Virus record (IMG/VR): IMGVR_UViG_3300042731_006431
Span: 2,886 to 66,885 of that record
Length of the DNA stretch: 64,000 bases
DNA from: a virus
Direction: 5' to 3' (one strand)
Shown: positions 30,292 to 41,569 of the stretch, piece after piece
Layout of the letters: the number at the start of each line of letters is the position of its first letter
How positions within the stretch are numbered: the stretch's first letter is position 1
The notes under the pieces: model-generated
The model's input: the letters and a program-made list of their open reading frames with translations, nothing else
What the model was told of the DNA's origin: nothing
Databases searched by the model: none
Translations under genes and position numbers: made by a program

Positions 30292-30708
30292 ATGATTTTA
30301 AAGTTGTATCATAATTGCGGATGGTTTTTTATTGATAGGATAGAGGAATTCCAAAAATCTCACTTTAGAGAAATCAAGATTGATCGCTTTCCACAAGAAA
30401 TATTATCACAAATATTTGATTTATTTAAAGATACAGGCTATTTCAATGCTGAATGGCCATCAAATTTTAAAATTTTTTGGGATCAATATCAAGAATTTAA
30501 ATATTCTGAAACCGAATTAGAAGAGTTAAAAGAGATTTTAAAGAAAAAAGATTTATCAAAAGTTGAAATTTGGCTTGAAAAAAATGATGCCACAACATCA
30601 GTTTGTCAATATTGGAAAGACGGGATATGTACAACTGTTTATTATGATTACAAATCCAAAGGCACTTATCTAATGAACGATTCAGGGCAAACGATAGAAG
30701 TTTTATAA
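30292..30708 (+). CDS. hypothetical protein
   Basis: 138-aa ORF ending YLMND.G.TIE. Confidence 0.6.
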   Translation: MILKLYHNCGWFFIDRIEEFQKSHFREIKIDRFPQEILSQIFDLFKDTGYFNAEWPSNFKIFWDQYQEFKYSETELEELKEILKKKDLSKVEIWLEKNDATTSVCQYWKDGICTTVYYDYKSKGTYLMNDSGQTIEVL

Positions 30709-30728
30709 TATATATTAAGGAATTATAA

Positions 30729-33700
30729 ATGCAACTCCCAGACGGAAAAATAAGATTTTTAAAATGGCCACAAAAAAATTACACAGAAACCAGCCAACAA
30801 GTCGGCACAGACGACATGATACTTGATGGTCAAACAGTACAACGAACAGAAGTAACTAACTCAGATTCAACAACTATATATGTCTCAAAAGATGGTGACG
30901 ATTCAGACGCTGGCACTAGTTCAGCCCCAAAGTTAACTCTTGACGGGGCAATCGATGCCATTACATCAGCTAAATATCAAATAATGATTACTGATTCAGG
31001 AATTTACGAACCTCCGAAAGCCATCAACATTGAGTTCCTTAGTGGTATTTATGCAGCGGAAGATTGCTATCCTACTATACAAGATTCGACCTATCATGTA
31101 GATGTTAGAAATAATTATCCAACAGTTCCTGTAACTTTAGACGGCTTAAAAGGCTTTGCTTATAAGGGTGCTTACTATCACGTATATGCTACTAATGCTA
31201 CTACTGTAGAAATTAGACGTTTAAAATATTATAATTATGTAGATTCGTCAACACCAACAATAGAAACACTTGAAACGGTTACCGGTTTGACAAATGCTGA
31301 TACACATATGGGAAGACCAATCTTAAAAGATGGTTACCTTATTTGTGCTATGGGTGACGAGGATGTTGTACAATATGATATTGATAATGACTCTCTTGAT
31401 GTCACTGATAACATCGCTGGAGTAACATACACATATTTAGCAGAGCAGCAAACAAGCGATGATGCTGTTTATCTATTAGCTTATGATACTGATCATTTTG
31501 AAATATATAATATTAATGATGTTACTGATAATTTTGCAATACTTGCAACTTGTGATAGTAGTGTTGTTGCAGAAATAGCAGCCGCTGATGTAACTGATTT
31601 CGCTTATCACAACGGTTATTTCTATGTTCATTCAATGACAAAAATTGCTTATTTTGCTTTAAAGCCTAATGGTCTCGGTAGCTATGAGAATAGTACTGTG
31701 ACTGCTATAGATATTGCACATATGGGTGATGGTCAATTTCTAACACTTGGTAATAATCAATTAGGTTATAGTTCAGACGATGGAACTTATTTAATTAGCG
31801 TTGGCACATCAACAAAGATATCGTCTAATATTTATCTTGATATAAAATATACTGAATTGGCAACATATACAACTAAATATAATTTAAATAATTATACAAC
31901 TTATCCTGTCATCAGAATTAAAAGTAAGAATTTAGAACTTTTAGATAATGGTGAACAAATATCAAATGAATCTTTTATCCCTTATCTATCTGTATATTAT
32001 AATGATATAGTATACAATGTAGGTGCTTATTTCCTAAAACAAATCCAAAATTCGTTGATCAATGTTGGTGAATATACGGGGCAAACAAACACTAAATTAT
32101 TACTACATTCTAATACTACCAATGGAAGTACAACATTTAATGATAGTTCGAATTATGGTAGAACATTGACACCGGTAGGTAACACACAACATTCTACAAC
32201 TCAAAAGAAATTTGGGGCCACATCGATTTATTTTGATGGTTCTGATTATATGAATGTTGGGACAGTCGCTGATTTTAACGCAGGTACTGAACAATGGTGG
32301 TTTGAATGTTGGGTATATATGCCAGCTATAGGAACACAAACACTTTTTACTGCAAATGATGGTAGTTCAACTCATGAATTAACAATAAGAACAATAGCAG
32401 GGCCTAAATTCCAAATTCTGACAAATGGGACTCAAGCACAATTTAATGCGACTGGATGGGTAGCTGATACATGGACACATTTTTATATATGTAGAAATTA
32501 TGATAGTCTTGAATGTTGGGTTAATGGTGTTAATCAAACTGCTACTTTTGGCAGTGTTGATCTGTCCGCATATAATTTAAATAGCATTACTACTGTAAAT
32601 ATTGGGCGAACAAATTTCGGGACGGCATATTACTACACTGGATATATGGATGAAGTTAGATTTGGTATAGGGACTTTACCATATGTTACTTATCCATCAA
32701 ACTTTACATTACCTACAGCTGCATATACAAATCCTGGTGAAGCTTCCGCGTCTTTTCCTGACTATGGATTTAGAACACAAGGTATAAAATATGATCCTAT
32801 TTATTGTGAGTCTGCAATACAAGTAAATAATGATAAGCAATTAATATATCCAAAATATTGCTATATAGAGGGTACTTACTGGGCGTTTATTGCTAAAAAT
32901 TTAGCTTTATATAATAATTGGATTGAAAATAGTGAGTGGGATATATACGGGAATAATGAATGTTTCTTGCCAACAGCAACTTTTTCAGGTCTAATACTCA
33001 ATAGAAATTTATTTAAAAATATATATAGTGGCATGTATTATGTGGAGGCAACAGGTGTTAATGATGCTGATTTTCAATATAATACATTTTTCGGTTATGG
33101 AACTTTTGACAACTTTGATTTTCCTCTTGATCTAACTATGATAGCTAATATAATGTCTTTACCATTTGATACAGATTTTGGAGATGCAACTGTTGATGGA
33201 ACTACAACAGAACAACATACTTATGGAGAAGCTCAGTTATATATTAATTCGACAGCGGTTACAAGTATATCAAAAATATTATTTAAAGATATTCTTAACG
33301 ATGATTTAAGAATGAGGCATCCTACTGAAGGTTATAAAATTACAACTTTAGGTATTGTCTTATATTTTGCAGGTGCTTACAATTGCTACTACACACTTGA
33401 TACCACTGATGCATTAGCCTACTATGATTTACCTGTTCCTGATGAAATAAATATATCATTTAGTCAAGAACAATTAGTCGGTAATAAAACTATAGCCAGT
33501 ACTTATGTTCTTGATAATGACATTCCTTTCAATTGTATTGAATTAGTTTGGGGAGACAATCAAGAATTAACGCTTGAGGATTATGAATCATTAAAAGCTA
33601 TAGTACAATATAACAACTTTTTTGAGGTATTACTGGATAAAACAGAACCAATTACTGATGTTATTTATACTTATCCAAACACAACAGCTACTGCAATTTA

Positions 33701-34037
33701 TTCCGGTACTGTAACACCATTAATTGATGATAAAGTTGTTCGATTTTCTAAATCAGGAAATAATTATACAGGCACAGCTAAATATGATCCAACATCAACA
33801 GTCTTTCAAATTCAAAATGTGGTTATTTCAAATGATTACTATCCAATTAATTTTACAAATCCTGTTCAAAATGTTGATTTGCTATGTGGACATATCGCAA
33901 AAGTTGAACCAACAGATATAGAATATAATTCAATAATTAATGAACTATATGAAAAATCTATAACTGTTTTATCTGGTTTTTCATTAAAATTGTATATTGA
34001 TAGAGATGTAGATTTCACTAATATAGGAATTTATTAA
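30729..34037 (+). CDS. large tail/receptor-binding protein with beta-helix-type N-cap and LamG/ConA-like domain
   Basis: YVSKDGDD..AGT..P..T...AI motif; LLLH..G.T.F.DSS..FG.TSIYFDG..ECWVY..GYMDEVR. Confidence 0.75.
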   Translation: MQLPDGKIRFLKWPQKNYTETSQQVGTDDMILDGQTVQRTEVTNSDSTTIYVSKDGDDSDAGTSSAPKLTLDGAIDAITSAKYQIMITDSGIYEPPKAINIEFLSGIYAAEDCYPTIQDSTYHVDVRNNYPTVPVTLDGLKGFAYKGAYYHVYATNATTVEIRRLKYYNYVDSSTPTIETLETVTGLTNADTHMGRPILKDGYLICAMGDEDVVQYDIDNDSLDVTDNIAGVTYTYLAEQQTSDDAVYLLAYDTDHFEIYNINDVTDNFAILATCDSSVVAEIAAADVTDFAYHNGYFYVHSMTKIAYFALKPNGLGSYENSTVTAIDIAHMGDGQFLTLGNNQLGYSSDDGTYLISVGTSTKISSNIYLDIKYTELATYTTKYNLNNYTTYPVIRIKSKNLELLDNGEQISNESFIPYLSVYYNDIVYNVGAYFLKQIQNSLINVGEYTGQTNTKLLLHSNTTNGSTTFNDSSNYGRTLTPVGNTQHSTTQKKFGATSIYFDGSDYMNVGTVADFNAGTEQWWFECWVYMPAIGTQTLFTANDGSSTHELTIRTIAGPKFQILTNGTQAQFNATGWVADTWTHFYICRNYDSLECWVNGVNQTATFGSVDLSAYNLNSITTVNIGRTNFGTAYYYTGYMDEVRFGIGTLPYVTYPSNFTLPTAAYTNPGEASASFPDYGFRTQGIKYDPIYCESAIQVNNDKQLIYPKYCYIEGTYWAFIAKNLALYNNWIENSEWDIYGNNECFLPTATFSGLILNRNLFKNIYSGMYYVEATGVNDADFQYNTFFGYGTFDNFDFPLDLTMIANIMSLPFDTDFGDATVDGTTTEQHTYGEAQLYINSTAVTSISKILFKDILNDDLRMRHPTEGYKITTLGIVLYFAGAYNCYYTLDTTDALAYYDLPVPDEINISFSQEQLVGNKTIASTYVLDNDIPFNCIELVWGDNQELTLEDYESLKAIVQYNNFFEVLLDKTEPITDVIYTYPNTTATAIYSGTVTPLIDDKVVRFSKSGNNYTGTAKYDPTSTVFQIQNVVISNDYYPINFTNPVQNVDLLCGHIAKVEPTDIEYNSIINELYEKSITVLSGFSLKLYIDRDVDFTNIGIY

Positions 34038-35056
34038 TGCAATTATATATTGACAACCTATCTTTAACCAATTACCAACTCAACAAGCGATTCACCTATC
34101 AATTTGAGCTAAAAGATGCTATTACAGTTGATCGAATTGACTTTGATATGGTTGGGGTAGATGAATTTAAACCTTCTAACGAAAAATCAATCCTAAATTC
34201 AAGTCCAGTAATAGAAGCATCAATTTATAAAGATGATGGTGGGCTTTTAACCGCTGGTGAATTAACCATTCTCAATTATGATCAAATGTCAGGAATCAGC
34301 AAAATCCAAGTTATACCAAAATTAGATTCAATCCTATCTCAATATATCACTTTTTCTTACGGTATAGAATCAATTTCAACACCATGCGAAGTATTATGGA
34401 ATCTATTTCAACAGATAGATGCAACTGATTATATTGATCTAAGCAGTTATAATAGGCTTAATGCATTATTCAAAAGCTATTCTGTATATGCTGGGGTAGA
34501 TTTTAACCTTACAGCATATGAAAATACTATATATGATGTAATTAATAATTTTGCAAAGTCTTTTGTGGTTGATATATGGGTACAAAACAATAAATTAAGA
34601 TTTTGGAGTCCTTTATTTACTACACTTCCAGCCTATGCGTTGCCTGAAAATATGATAATATCATACAAAGAGGATTATAGCGATAACGAAATTTATAATG
34701 ACTGGAAAATTTCAAGTCCAAATTTTGAACTTGCTTTGAAAGATTATAATCCTATGACAGCGGTTAGCAGTAGGAAAAAATATGGATTCAAAACTTTTGA
34801 TATATCTCCAACTCTCTGGATAGTTGAAAGTAATTCAAAACCATTAAGCGGATGGCTTCAGCATGCACTTGCAGCGGCCTACTCTTATATAACTGCTAAG
34901 CAGAATCCTTATACACTTATTGATATTGAAGTTGTTAACAAGTGGATAGAAGAGATAGATTTAGGTGATCGATTTACCTTTCTATCCAATACCTGGGTGG
35001 TAAAAAAGTTGCAAAGAAGCGATGAAACCGGACGAATCACCGCTTATAAGGTTTGA
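34037..35056 (+). CDS. distal tail/hub-like structural protein
   Basis: Coupled to 30729 gene; SRKKYG and IDLGD motifs typical of tail hub proteins. Confidence 0.55.
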   Translation: MQLYIDNLSLTNYQLNKRFTYQFELKDAITVDRIDFDMVGVDEFKPSNEKSILNSSPVIEASIYKDDGGLLTAGELTILNYDQMSGISKIQVIPKLDSILSQYITFSYGIESISTPCEVLWNLFQQIDATDYIDLSSYNRLNALFKSYSVYAGVDFNLTAYENTIYDVINNFAKSFVVDIWVQNNKLRFWSPLFTTLPAYALPENMIISYKEDYSDNEIYNDWKISSPNFELALKDYNPMTAVSSRKKYGFKTFDISPTLWIVESNSKPLSGWLQHALAAAYSYITAKQNPYTLIDIEVVNKWIEEIDLGDRFTFLSNTWVVKKLQRSDETGRITAYKV

Positions 35057-35058
35057 AA

Positions 35059-35439
35059 TTAATTTTCTATTTTTCCACATCCACCATATACACGGTGATG
35101 GATATCTCTTAGTTGATCTTCTGTATAGTATATTTTCGTGGGTTTTTCTTTTTGCTTTTCATTTTGTTCTTTTTCTTTTTGCTTTTCATTTTGTTCTTTT
35201 TCTTTTCTAATTTTCTTGCAAAGTCGTTCGCCTTCCCATTCGTTTCTAATGTGTTCAGCCGCATTAGGGTCATCTGTGAAGAAATCAAACCCAAAAAATA
35301 CTAACATTCTGGTAAAAATGTTGTCAGGGATCCCGCAGATTGCATTATTTGCAGGATTATGATAGATTTTTTTGTAATTAATGCTTAATAGACCTAAAAC
35401 TAAAGCTAATACAACAATTAAAATAATTATTAAACTCAT
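35059..35439 (-). CDS. membrane-anchored hypothetical protein with tandem KEKEQNEKQ repeat
   Basis: N-terminal TM; 27-bp unit duplicated near 35143-35205; AAGGAG RBS. Confidence 0.65.
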   Translation of the reverse strand: MSLIIILIVVLALVLGLLSINYKKIYHNPANNAICGIPDNIFTRMLVFFGFDFFTDDPNAAEHIRNEWEGERLCKKIRKEKEQNEKQKEKEQNEKQKEKPTKIYYTEDQLRDIHHRVYGGCGKIEN

Positions 35440-35460
35440 GATTATTCTCCTTATATTTAA

Positions 35461-35488
35461 TTTATCGCCCCGACTAAGCGGGGCTTTG
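35461..35488 (-). repeat. 28-bp GC hairpin element, copy 1
   Basis: TTTATCGCCCCGACTAAGCGGGGCTTTG, 27/28 identical to 43346-43373. Confidence 0.85.
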
Positions 35489-35797
35489 AGTTACGAAACC
35501 ATACCAGAAAGTAATATCAGAACCTTCAGGCAGCTTTATTGTTCCTTCAGGTAATCGTGGTCCTGTGTATTGTGCCACCATAAACTTATCCCCAACAGAT
35601 AGAGATACGTTTGTCCTGTTACAAGGAACATCCACTTGTAATAGTCCTTCTAAAATCATACACAAATCTTTATGGCCTATGTACGATTTCGAATGTCTCG
35701 CATAGAAGCGCGCTTTATCGAGGTTTATAACCTCAAAATTAATATTATACGCTCCTTTGGGGAACATGTTCAATGAGAAAGCGTTTAAGAGTATCAT
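35474..35797 (-). CDS. acrIII-1: AcrIII-1 / DUF1874 cyclic tetra-adenylate ring nuclease (anti-CRISPR type III)
   Basis: LLNAFSLNM, IGH (catalytic His), NR..V.L..GD, AQ..G.RLPEG motifs of SIRV1 gp29/STIV B116 family. Confidence 0.88.
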   Translation of the reverse strand: MILLNAFSLNMFPKGAYNINFEVINLDKARFYARHSKSYIGHKDLCMILEGLLQVDVPCNRTNVSLSVGDKFMVAQYTGPRLPEGTIKLPEGSDITFWYGFVTQSPA

Positions 35798-36516
35798 TTT
35801 CCCACCTCCTTAACTTCATAAAAAATAGTTCCTAAACCGTCTGTCAAAGGGAAATCCCACAATTTCCCCTCTAAATCGACGATGATTCCCCATGTATAGC
35901 CATCGTCAGCTTTTTCTTTTCTAAAAGTACCTGTTATGTGTTGATAACGAGCTACTTGTGGAAGACAAGCACTGTGATCATCGTCCTCCCACTTTTCAAC
36001 AGTAATATACCATTTACGTATATCACTGCTTTCTTTTTTAGATACCTGTGTAAGAACAGGCTCTTCAAATGTGCGGGTTCCTCTTTTCCCGTTCTTATAA
36101 GCTTTTACTATCTCGCAAAGCTTATAATCGCCCCAAAGGGCAAAAAAGTCATTTGCCCAAAGAGCTTCAAAGTCGTCTTCACAAGACGGTCTATCATCTT
36201 GTGAAACATAATGGTTATAGATAGAGGTTTTTGGAGCTCTATCTATGATTTTTTTGTTTATCTGATCAATTAGCTTGTCAATTAATTGGTCAGCAATGAT
36301 CTTTTCATCACTGATCGAAGTCAAAATATCGCTATATACGGTCGATTCCCCGTATACAGCAACTAATTTATGTCCAAGAAATTTATCTTGGACTCCAATC
36401 CGCTCGTCTTTTCCGATCGACCATCCAGTGGCTGAATACACTGGGTGTTTTTCTATTTTAATCTCTACCTCAGCAAGGTAGTTATACTTATTTATTTTGC
36501 AAATTGTTGTTTTCAT
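35794..36516 (-). CDS. hypothetical early protein, first gene of the acrIII-1 operon
   Basis: AGGAG RBS; stop overlaps the acrIII-1 start. Confidence 0.75.
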   Translation of the reverse strand: MKTTICKINKYNYLAEVEIKIEKHPVYSATGWSIGKDERIGVQDKFLGHKLVAVYGESTVYSDILTSISDEKIIADQLIDKLIDQINKKIIDRAPKTSIYNHYVSQDDRPSCEDDFEALWANDFFALWGDYKLCEIVKAYKNGKRGTRTFEEPVLTQVSKKESSDIRKWYITVEKWEDDDHSACLPQVARYQHITGTFRKEKADDGYTWGIIVDLEGKLWDFPLTDGLGTIFYEVKEVGK

Positions 36517-36564
36517 TTTGTTTCTCCTAACTTTTTTTCGATTTTCTCAATCGCTGATATCCCA

Positions 36565-36613
36565 AATATAACATATAAAATTTAAAAAGTCAAATTTATT
36601 TTTAACTTTTTTA
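36565..36613 (-). promoter_or_regulatory. sigma70 promoter of the acrIII-1 operon
   Basis: TTGACT-N17-TATATT plus shared A-rich UP element. Confidence 0.75.
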
Positions 36614-36656
36614 TAATTATTTTATATTCCATTTACTCGTAACAAATTATAATAAA

Positions 36657-36690
36657 ATCGCACAAATAGCATATAAATACGTTATATATT
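36657..36690 (+). promoter_or_regulatory. putative late promoter
   Basis: ATCGCACAAA-N14-GTTATATATT. Confidence 0.75.
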
Positions 36691-36720
36691 GCATATATGT
36701 AATAAAGTTTGTGAGTTAAG

Positions 36721-37614
36721 ATGATTTCACAAGATCGACAAAAAATAATATTGGATTATGCAGCTAAATATGGAGATAATCGAGCGCTTAAACGATTCAA
36801 AATTAATGGTGAGACTCTCAACAGATATCGCCGTGTTTCATTCGATCAAATACCAAATTCAGCAACTTCTATAATAATTCCTGACCTTCACTGCCCCTAT
36901 CATGACATGCCAGCAATACGATTAATGATGAAAATAGTCAACGACCAGCAATTTAATTATGATAAGACTATTCTATTGGGTGATGTTGTAGACTTCTACG
37001 GAGTTTCACGATTTGATAAGGATCCAAATCGAAAGGACGACATACAGTTCGAGGCCGACGAAGCCTTTGATTTATTAAGTACTATGAAAAGAGGATTACC
37101 AGAAACTGAATGGCATTATTTGAAAGGCAACCACGAGGCAAGGCTTAAGAAATTCTTGATGAGCAACGCCAGAGCACTTTCAAATTTGCGAGCGCTTAAA
37201 GTTGATAACCTACTAAGATTAAATGAATTAGATATAAAATATATTGAGAAATCTTGGAATTATTACGACACCGTAATGATAAAACACGGTAATAAAGTTG
37301 GTAAATATAGCGGTTATAGCGCTCATGCTGAAATGCTTAGACATATGTCACTTGGTATAAGTGCACACACTCATAGATTAGCAATAGTAAATTATACAGC
37401 TGATGGCATAGATATACAATGGGTGGAGTGTGGACATTTGTGTGATGTTATGAAGGCTGATTACATGGAGGATTACCCAAATTGGCAGCAAGGTTTTTGT
37501 TTTATGCATCGTGACGGAAAAGCTTTTAGTTTTGATTTGGTTAGATATTACAGAGACGAAAAAGCTGTGAAGGCATTTTATTGTGGAAAAAAATATAGTG
37601 AGAGGTTAAAATGA
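36721..37614 (+). CDS. calcineurin-like metallophosphoesterase with N-terminal HTH-like segment
   Basis: DLH, GDVVD, GNHE, HG, HTH(R) motifs. Confidence 0.85.
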   Translation: MISQDRQKIILDYAAKYGDNRALKRFKINGETLNRYRRVSFDQIPNSATSIIIPDLHCPYHDMPAIRLMMKIVNDQQFNYDKTILLGDVVDFYGVSRFDKDPNRKDDIQFEADEAFDLLSTMKRGLPETEWHYLKGNHEARLKKFLMSNARALSNLRALKVDNLLRLNELDIKYIEKSWNYYDTVMIKHGNKVGKYSGYSAHAEMLRHMSLGISAHTHRLAIVNYTADGIDIQWVECGHLCDVMKADYMEDYPNWQQGFCFMHRDGKAFSFDLVRYYRDEKAVKAFYCGKKYSERLK

Positions 37615-37959
37615 TAGTATCTGAAAAGGTTTTACATAAAATGGAAGACTGTAAATATAGTTTAAATATTCAAACTGATGATAGTACTTTGTGTTATGTC
37701 GTTGATGTTGGTAATCCACGAACTATATTAAGCCGCTTGTCTGATGTAAATGGTTATTTTAATATTGACCTGGTAGAATATAGTTTACAGGAAGTTGATG
37801 AAGAAACACAAGTTGATGAAATGTATACTAGAACTATAGATGGGAATTCGATTAGTTGTGTTGATATAAAAGAATTAAAATAAGCACTAACATCATTAAA
37901 TAGTAGTGCTGTAAAGTTTGATATTTTTCAGTAAATTTTCACGCTTAAAACTAAGCCGG

Positions 37960-38277
37960 TTAAATTAAACAGTAACATATATAAATTATTAAAGTACATA
38001 ATGATATTGCTAATAAACCATCAATTGGTAATTCAACTTCTTCTTTGTTTGTGTTTTCATTATCTGAAATATTACCCAATAGTATTTTTGTTAGCATTAA
38101 AACAGCAATCGAAGAATAAATGTTTAATCTAAAATCGATAACCAAAATCTTATCAGCTATCATATTAAATGACAACATAACAAAAAAACCTCGATATAAT
38201 AAAACTAAAACCAACATAATTAGTTTTTTTACAAGTGAACCAATTCTTTCATTAATACTAATTTCTTTATTTTTCAT
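37960..38277 (-). CDS. membrane protein, paralog of 8513..8806
   Basis: Three hydrophobic segments with shared LS.N.I..KI..IDF.L. Confidence 0.6.
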   Translation of the reverse strand: MKNKEISINERIGSLVKKLIMLVLVLLYRGFFVMLSFNMIADKILVIDFRLNIYSSIAVLMLTKILLGNISDNENTNKEEVELPIDGLLAISLCTLIIYICYCLI

Positions 38278-38292
38278 ATATCCTCCAAATAA

Positions 38293-38652
38293 TTATTTCT
38301 TATCCTTACGTTCAGACGCACTTTTTTCATTAAAACCATCTGGGTAGCGTTTTGACAGCTTTTCAATATTATAATTTAAAACTTCTTGAACATTAAAACC
38401 CATTGAATCAATTGCCAGTGACCAATACCGCATGATATCGCCCAAGCCTTCTTTGATATTTTCTCTGTCTAATGGCTGTCCATAATATTCAAATTTCTTA
38501 ATAGCATCTGCAAGTTCACCTATCTCTGTTACCATTCCAATCAAAGCATGATCAATCTTAATCATAGTCTCACTATCTTTGCGATATGAAATAGATTCTA
38601 TATCATGGTTAGCTGTCCTCATTGCTTTTTCTTGATATTCTTCTATTGTCAT
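38293..38652 (-). CDS. MazG-like nucleoside triphosphate pyrophosphohydrolase
   Basis: EYQ.KA.RT, G...E.GE.AD..KK, E.LGD...Y, N..KL..RYP.GF. Confidence 0.85.
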   Translation of the reverse strand: MTIEEYQEKAMRTANHDIESISYRKDSETMIKIDHALIGMVTEIGELADAIKKFEYYGQPLDRENIKEGLGDIMRYWSLAIDSMGFNVQEVLNYNIEKLSKRYPDGFNEKSASERKDKK

Positions 38653-38662
38653 AATATTTCAC

Positions 38663-41067
38663 CTACAAAATTCTATATAGCTTTTTGACAAATTTATAAA
38701 TATTATTATATTTATATGATATTTCATAAACTTTATCTTTAAAATATATACGCATTACCATGTCGGGATGAAAAAATATATCATACCTGTTGTCTAATAG
38801 AGAACTTGCTGATAGTTTAAATCCACCTCCGATATTTTCACATAAATACCATTCCTCTAATGGTATTAATTTTAACCTTATTAATAATAATAAATATTTC
38901 ATTCTTTAACCTCAATCCAAAGATTGTCTATATCTTTTCGCTCAACTACAAAAATATCATCACGCCCGTTTACTAATACATCACCCTTTTGTTTAATAAC
39001 AAATTCTAAATAATCTTTTCTGTCTTTCCTATAAAAAATTCTGTTTTCATCGACAAATAATATTTTTAAAACTTCATAAAATGTATATTCTTTCTCAGGT
39101 TCATCGAGTTCTAAAACATCAATGCTTGGTAGATATGTCCTATTAATTCTATCATCACCAACAATATGAATCGCTTCAGATGGATTTTTATTCCACCATT
39201 GACTAATCGTTTTTCCTGAAGTAGCTTCAATTCTATCGCCATTGTATACTTGATAGTATTGGCCTGCTTTTAATGTTAGTTTCATTGTAAACTCCTATAT
39301 TCAAGTAATATTTTTATCTGTTTTTCAAGTTGATCTTTTAATTTATCTAAGTCTGAGTATTTAATAGTTACATCAGATTTATTAGTCTCTAACAAATTTA
39401 TTTTAAATTCAAGTATGTGTATATTTTTTAATATCTCATTTTTAGCCGATTCTAAATTCATCCTATCCTCTTCTGATTTTGATCATATTCAACTATATTT
39501 AACCCGTCTATGATTGCCGTAACACACTTAGAGCAAAAAGGCCGTATAATGCCATGCTGATTAGTGTAAAAAATCTCGCTTGATTCAGCACCACAAAAAT
39601 GGCAAACTTTTTGCTCTTTAAATTTTGCTGTTATCGAATTACCATTGTGTAGATAGCTTATTAATTCATTGTTTAAGTTTATTTTTACAGCTCCATGACT
39701 GAGCCACCCGAACCAAGCAGAAACCGGTAATGATACAACAAATATAACAAAAAGTAATTGAAAAGGCAAATTTTGATTTAGCATTATAGCAAAAAAAGTT
39801 GTTAGTAACAATAACGCTATGCCTTGTTTCATGATTCGTCTTCCTTCTTCTCTATTAATTCATATTGACCATCTAAAACCGCTTCATTAAAATCAACTGT
39901 ATGAATTTCGCCATTTAACCGGTAAGACAAATACCGATAATCTATATGGTGAATTTTACGCATGAAAAAAGAATTTAAAATATTGCCTTTTTCATCTAAT
40001 AAATTCATTGACCGTATTTCTGGTTTTTCCCGAATCCACTTAATAGCTTCATAGAAATCAGTTATCCGCTTTTTTATGGTCCAAGCCATTATTTTTTTAC
40101 CAGAAAAAATTTCTGTCTGAAAAAATGTAATATCTTTAGAGTTAATTATTCTACTTCCTTTAATAAGGTAAGCATCTAAAGAATTTTCGTAGCTTATGTA
40201 ATCGCTGAGTGGCTCTCTTTCCCATGAGATTTTATTGTTTAGGCCGTCAAATATTTTTGCTTCAAAAGAAGCAATCGATGGGTTAAACCCTATTTGACAG
40301 AGCCTCATATCAATAAAAGTCGCATCCAAAATAAAAAAATCACCATCTTTAAATTCTTTACCATTTGAATCATAAATTTGCAAGTTCACCATTACCTCCA
40401 ATCATCAGCCATGCCAATTTGATATTCTTTAACTATAGTCTTTATCCTATCAATACTTTGTTGCATTGTTAAAGCAATAGATCGTATTGAATCAGATACG
40501 TCTTTCGTATAACTATCATTTGTTTTGCCGTTCACTTCAAGACTTTTATATCGAATTTGTTTTATTAATTCATTCATGTATTCTATTTCTTGATCAATTG
40601 TCATGATTAACCTCCTCCTCAATATCTTTAAACTCATTAAAATTTGGTAAATAAACGCCTAAATCAGTTTGAAATTTCTTTGTTTCAATCATTTTTTCAA
40701 TTTTTTCTTTTTCTGTCATATTGGTCTCCAAAAATTTATTCAAATAATACATCCGATGAAATGGTTTTAGCAACGCTATTTTCTAATTCACCGGTAGGAA
40801 AAAATGAATTTAACATAATCCATCATGTTCAATATAGCCATATACAAGAGCATTATTGCATCTTGGTAAATTTATCAGAATATAGCCATAACCATCTTTA
40901 CATCTTATATTGCCTTTAAAAAAAGACATACAATAATTTCCTTTGCATGGTCTTTGTATAAGAGGGCAATATTTTGATGATAATTTATTTGATAACTCTA
41001 TCAATGCTTCATTAGCGTCTTTTTCATTGTTAAATTTAGTGTTGCCATCAATTTTTTTTATATCCAT
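38663..41067 (-). other. run of small hypothetical early genes
   Basis: ORFs 38663, 38899, 39458, 39829, 40392, 40810 co-oriented and closely packed. Confidence 0.65.
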
Positions 41068-41077
41068 ATAATTTCTC

Positions 41078-41569
41078 CTATTTATACCTTAATGTTGAGT
41101 CTTGCACTAAAATAGCGCCTTTAACCTCAATACCATTATTGATATCAAGCTTGATTTGATTTTTGTCGGTTTTTGTTTCTGTTTTTTCAAGCTTATATTT
41201 TTTAGGAATTTCAGACTCATTAATAATATCGACTTTTGGTGGGGAGGCTTGAATATATATTTTCATCGTATTGGTTTCGATATTCTTTTTACCTACAATA
41301 TCCATTTCATGGTGTAGATAGCTACTCAAATAATCAATTTTCTTTTCTGATTTTGATTTTAAATCATTAAGTCGTGTAACCTCATCTTTGATAACCGAAA
41401 TTCTATTCTTATACATCTTAATAATTTTTACGATATTTTCAGCTTTCTTATCAAAATCTATAGATAAAGCCTCTAACTGTTTACCAAGGCTTTCATCAAT
41501 TTCATCGCTTTCAATACTATTGAGTAGCTGCGTGAATTCATCAGCTATATTATATAATGTTTTACTCAT
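41078..41569 (-). CDS. siphovirus Gp157 family protein
   Basis: LY.I...F, K.ENI, E..RL, SPP.V.I..E..IP..Y, DK..IK.....G..V.GA.L. Confidence 0.85.
   Translation of the reverse strand: MSKTLYNIADEFTQLLNSIESDEIDESLGKQLEALSIDFDKKAENIVKIIKMYKNRISVIKDEVTRLNDLKSKSEKKIDYLSSYLHHEMDIVGKKNIETNTMKIYIQASPPKVDIINESEIPKKYKLEKTETKTDKNQIKLDINNGIEVKGAILVQDSTLRYK

Noticed and set aside
35022-35362. Overlapping Phe-rich plus-strand ORFs
   Set aside because: Arise from the antisense of the 27-bp purine-rich repeat in 35059..35439
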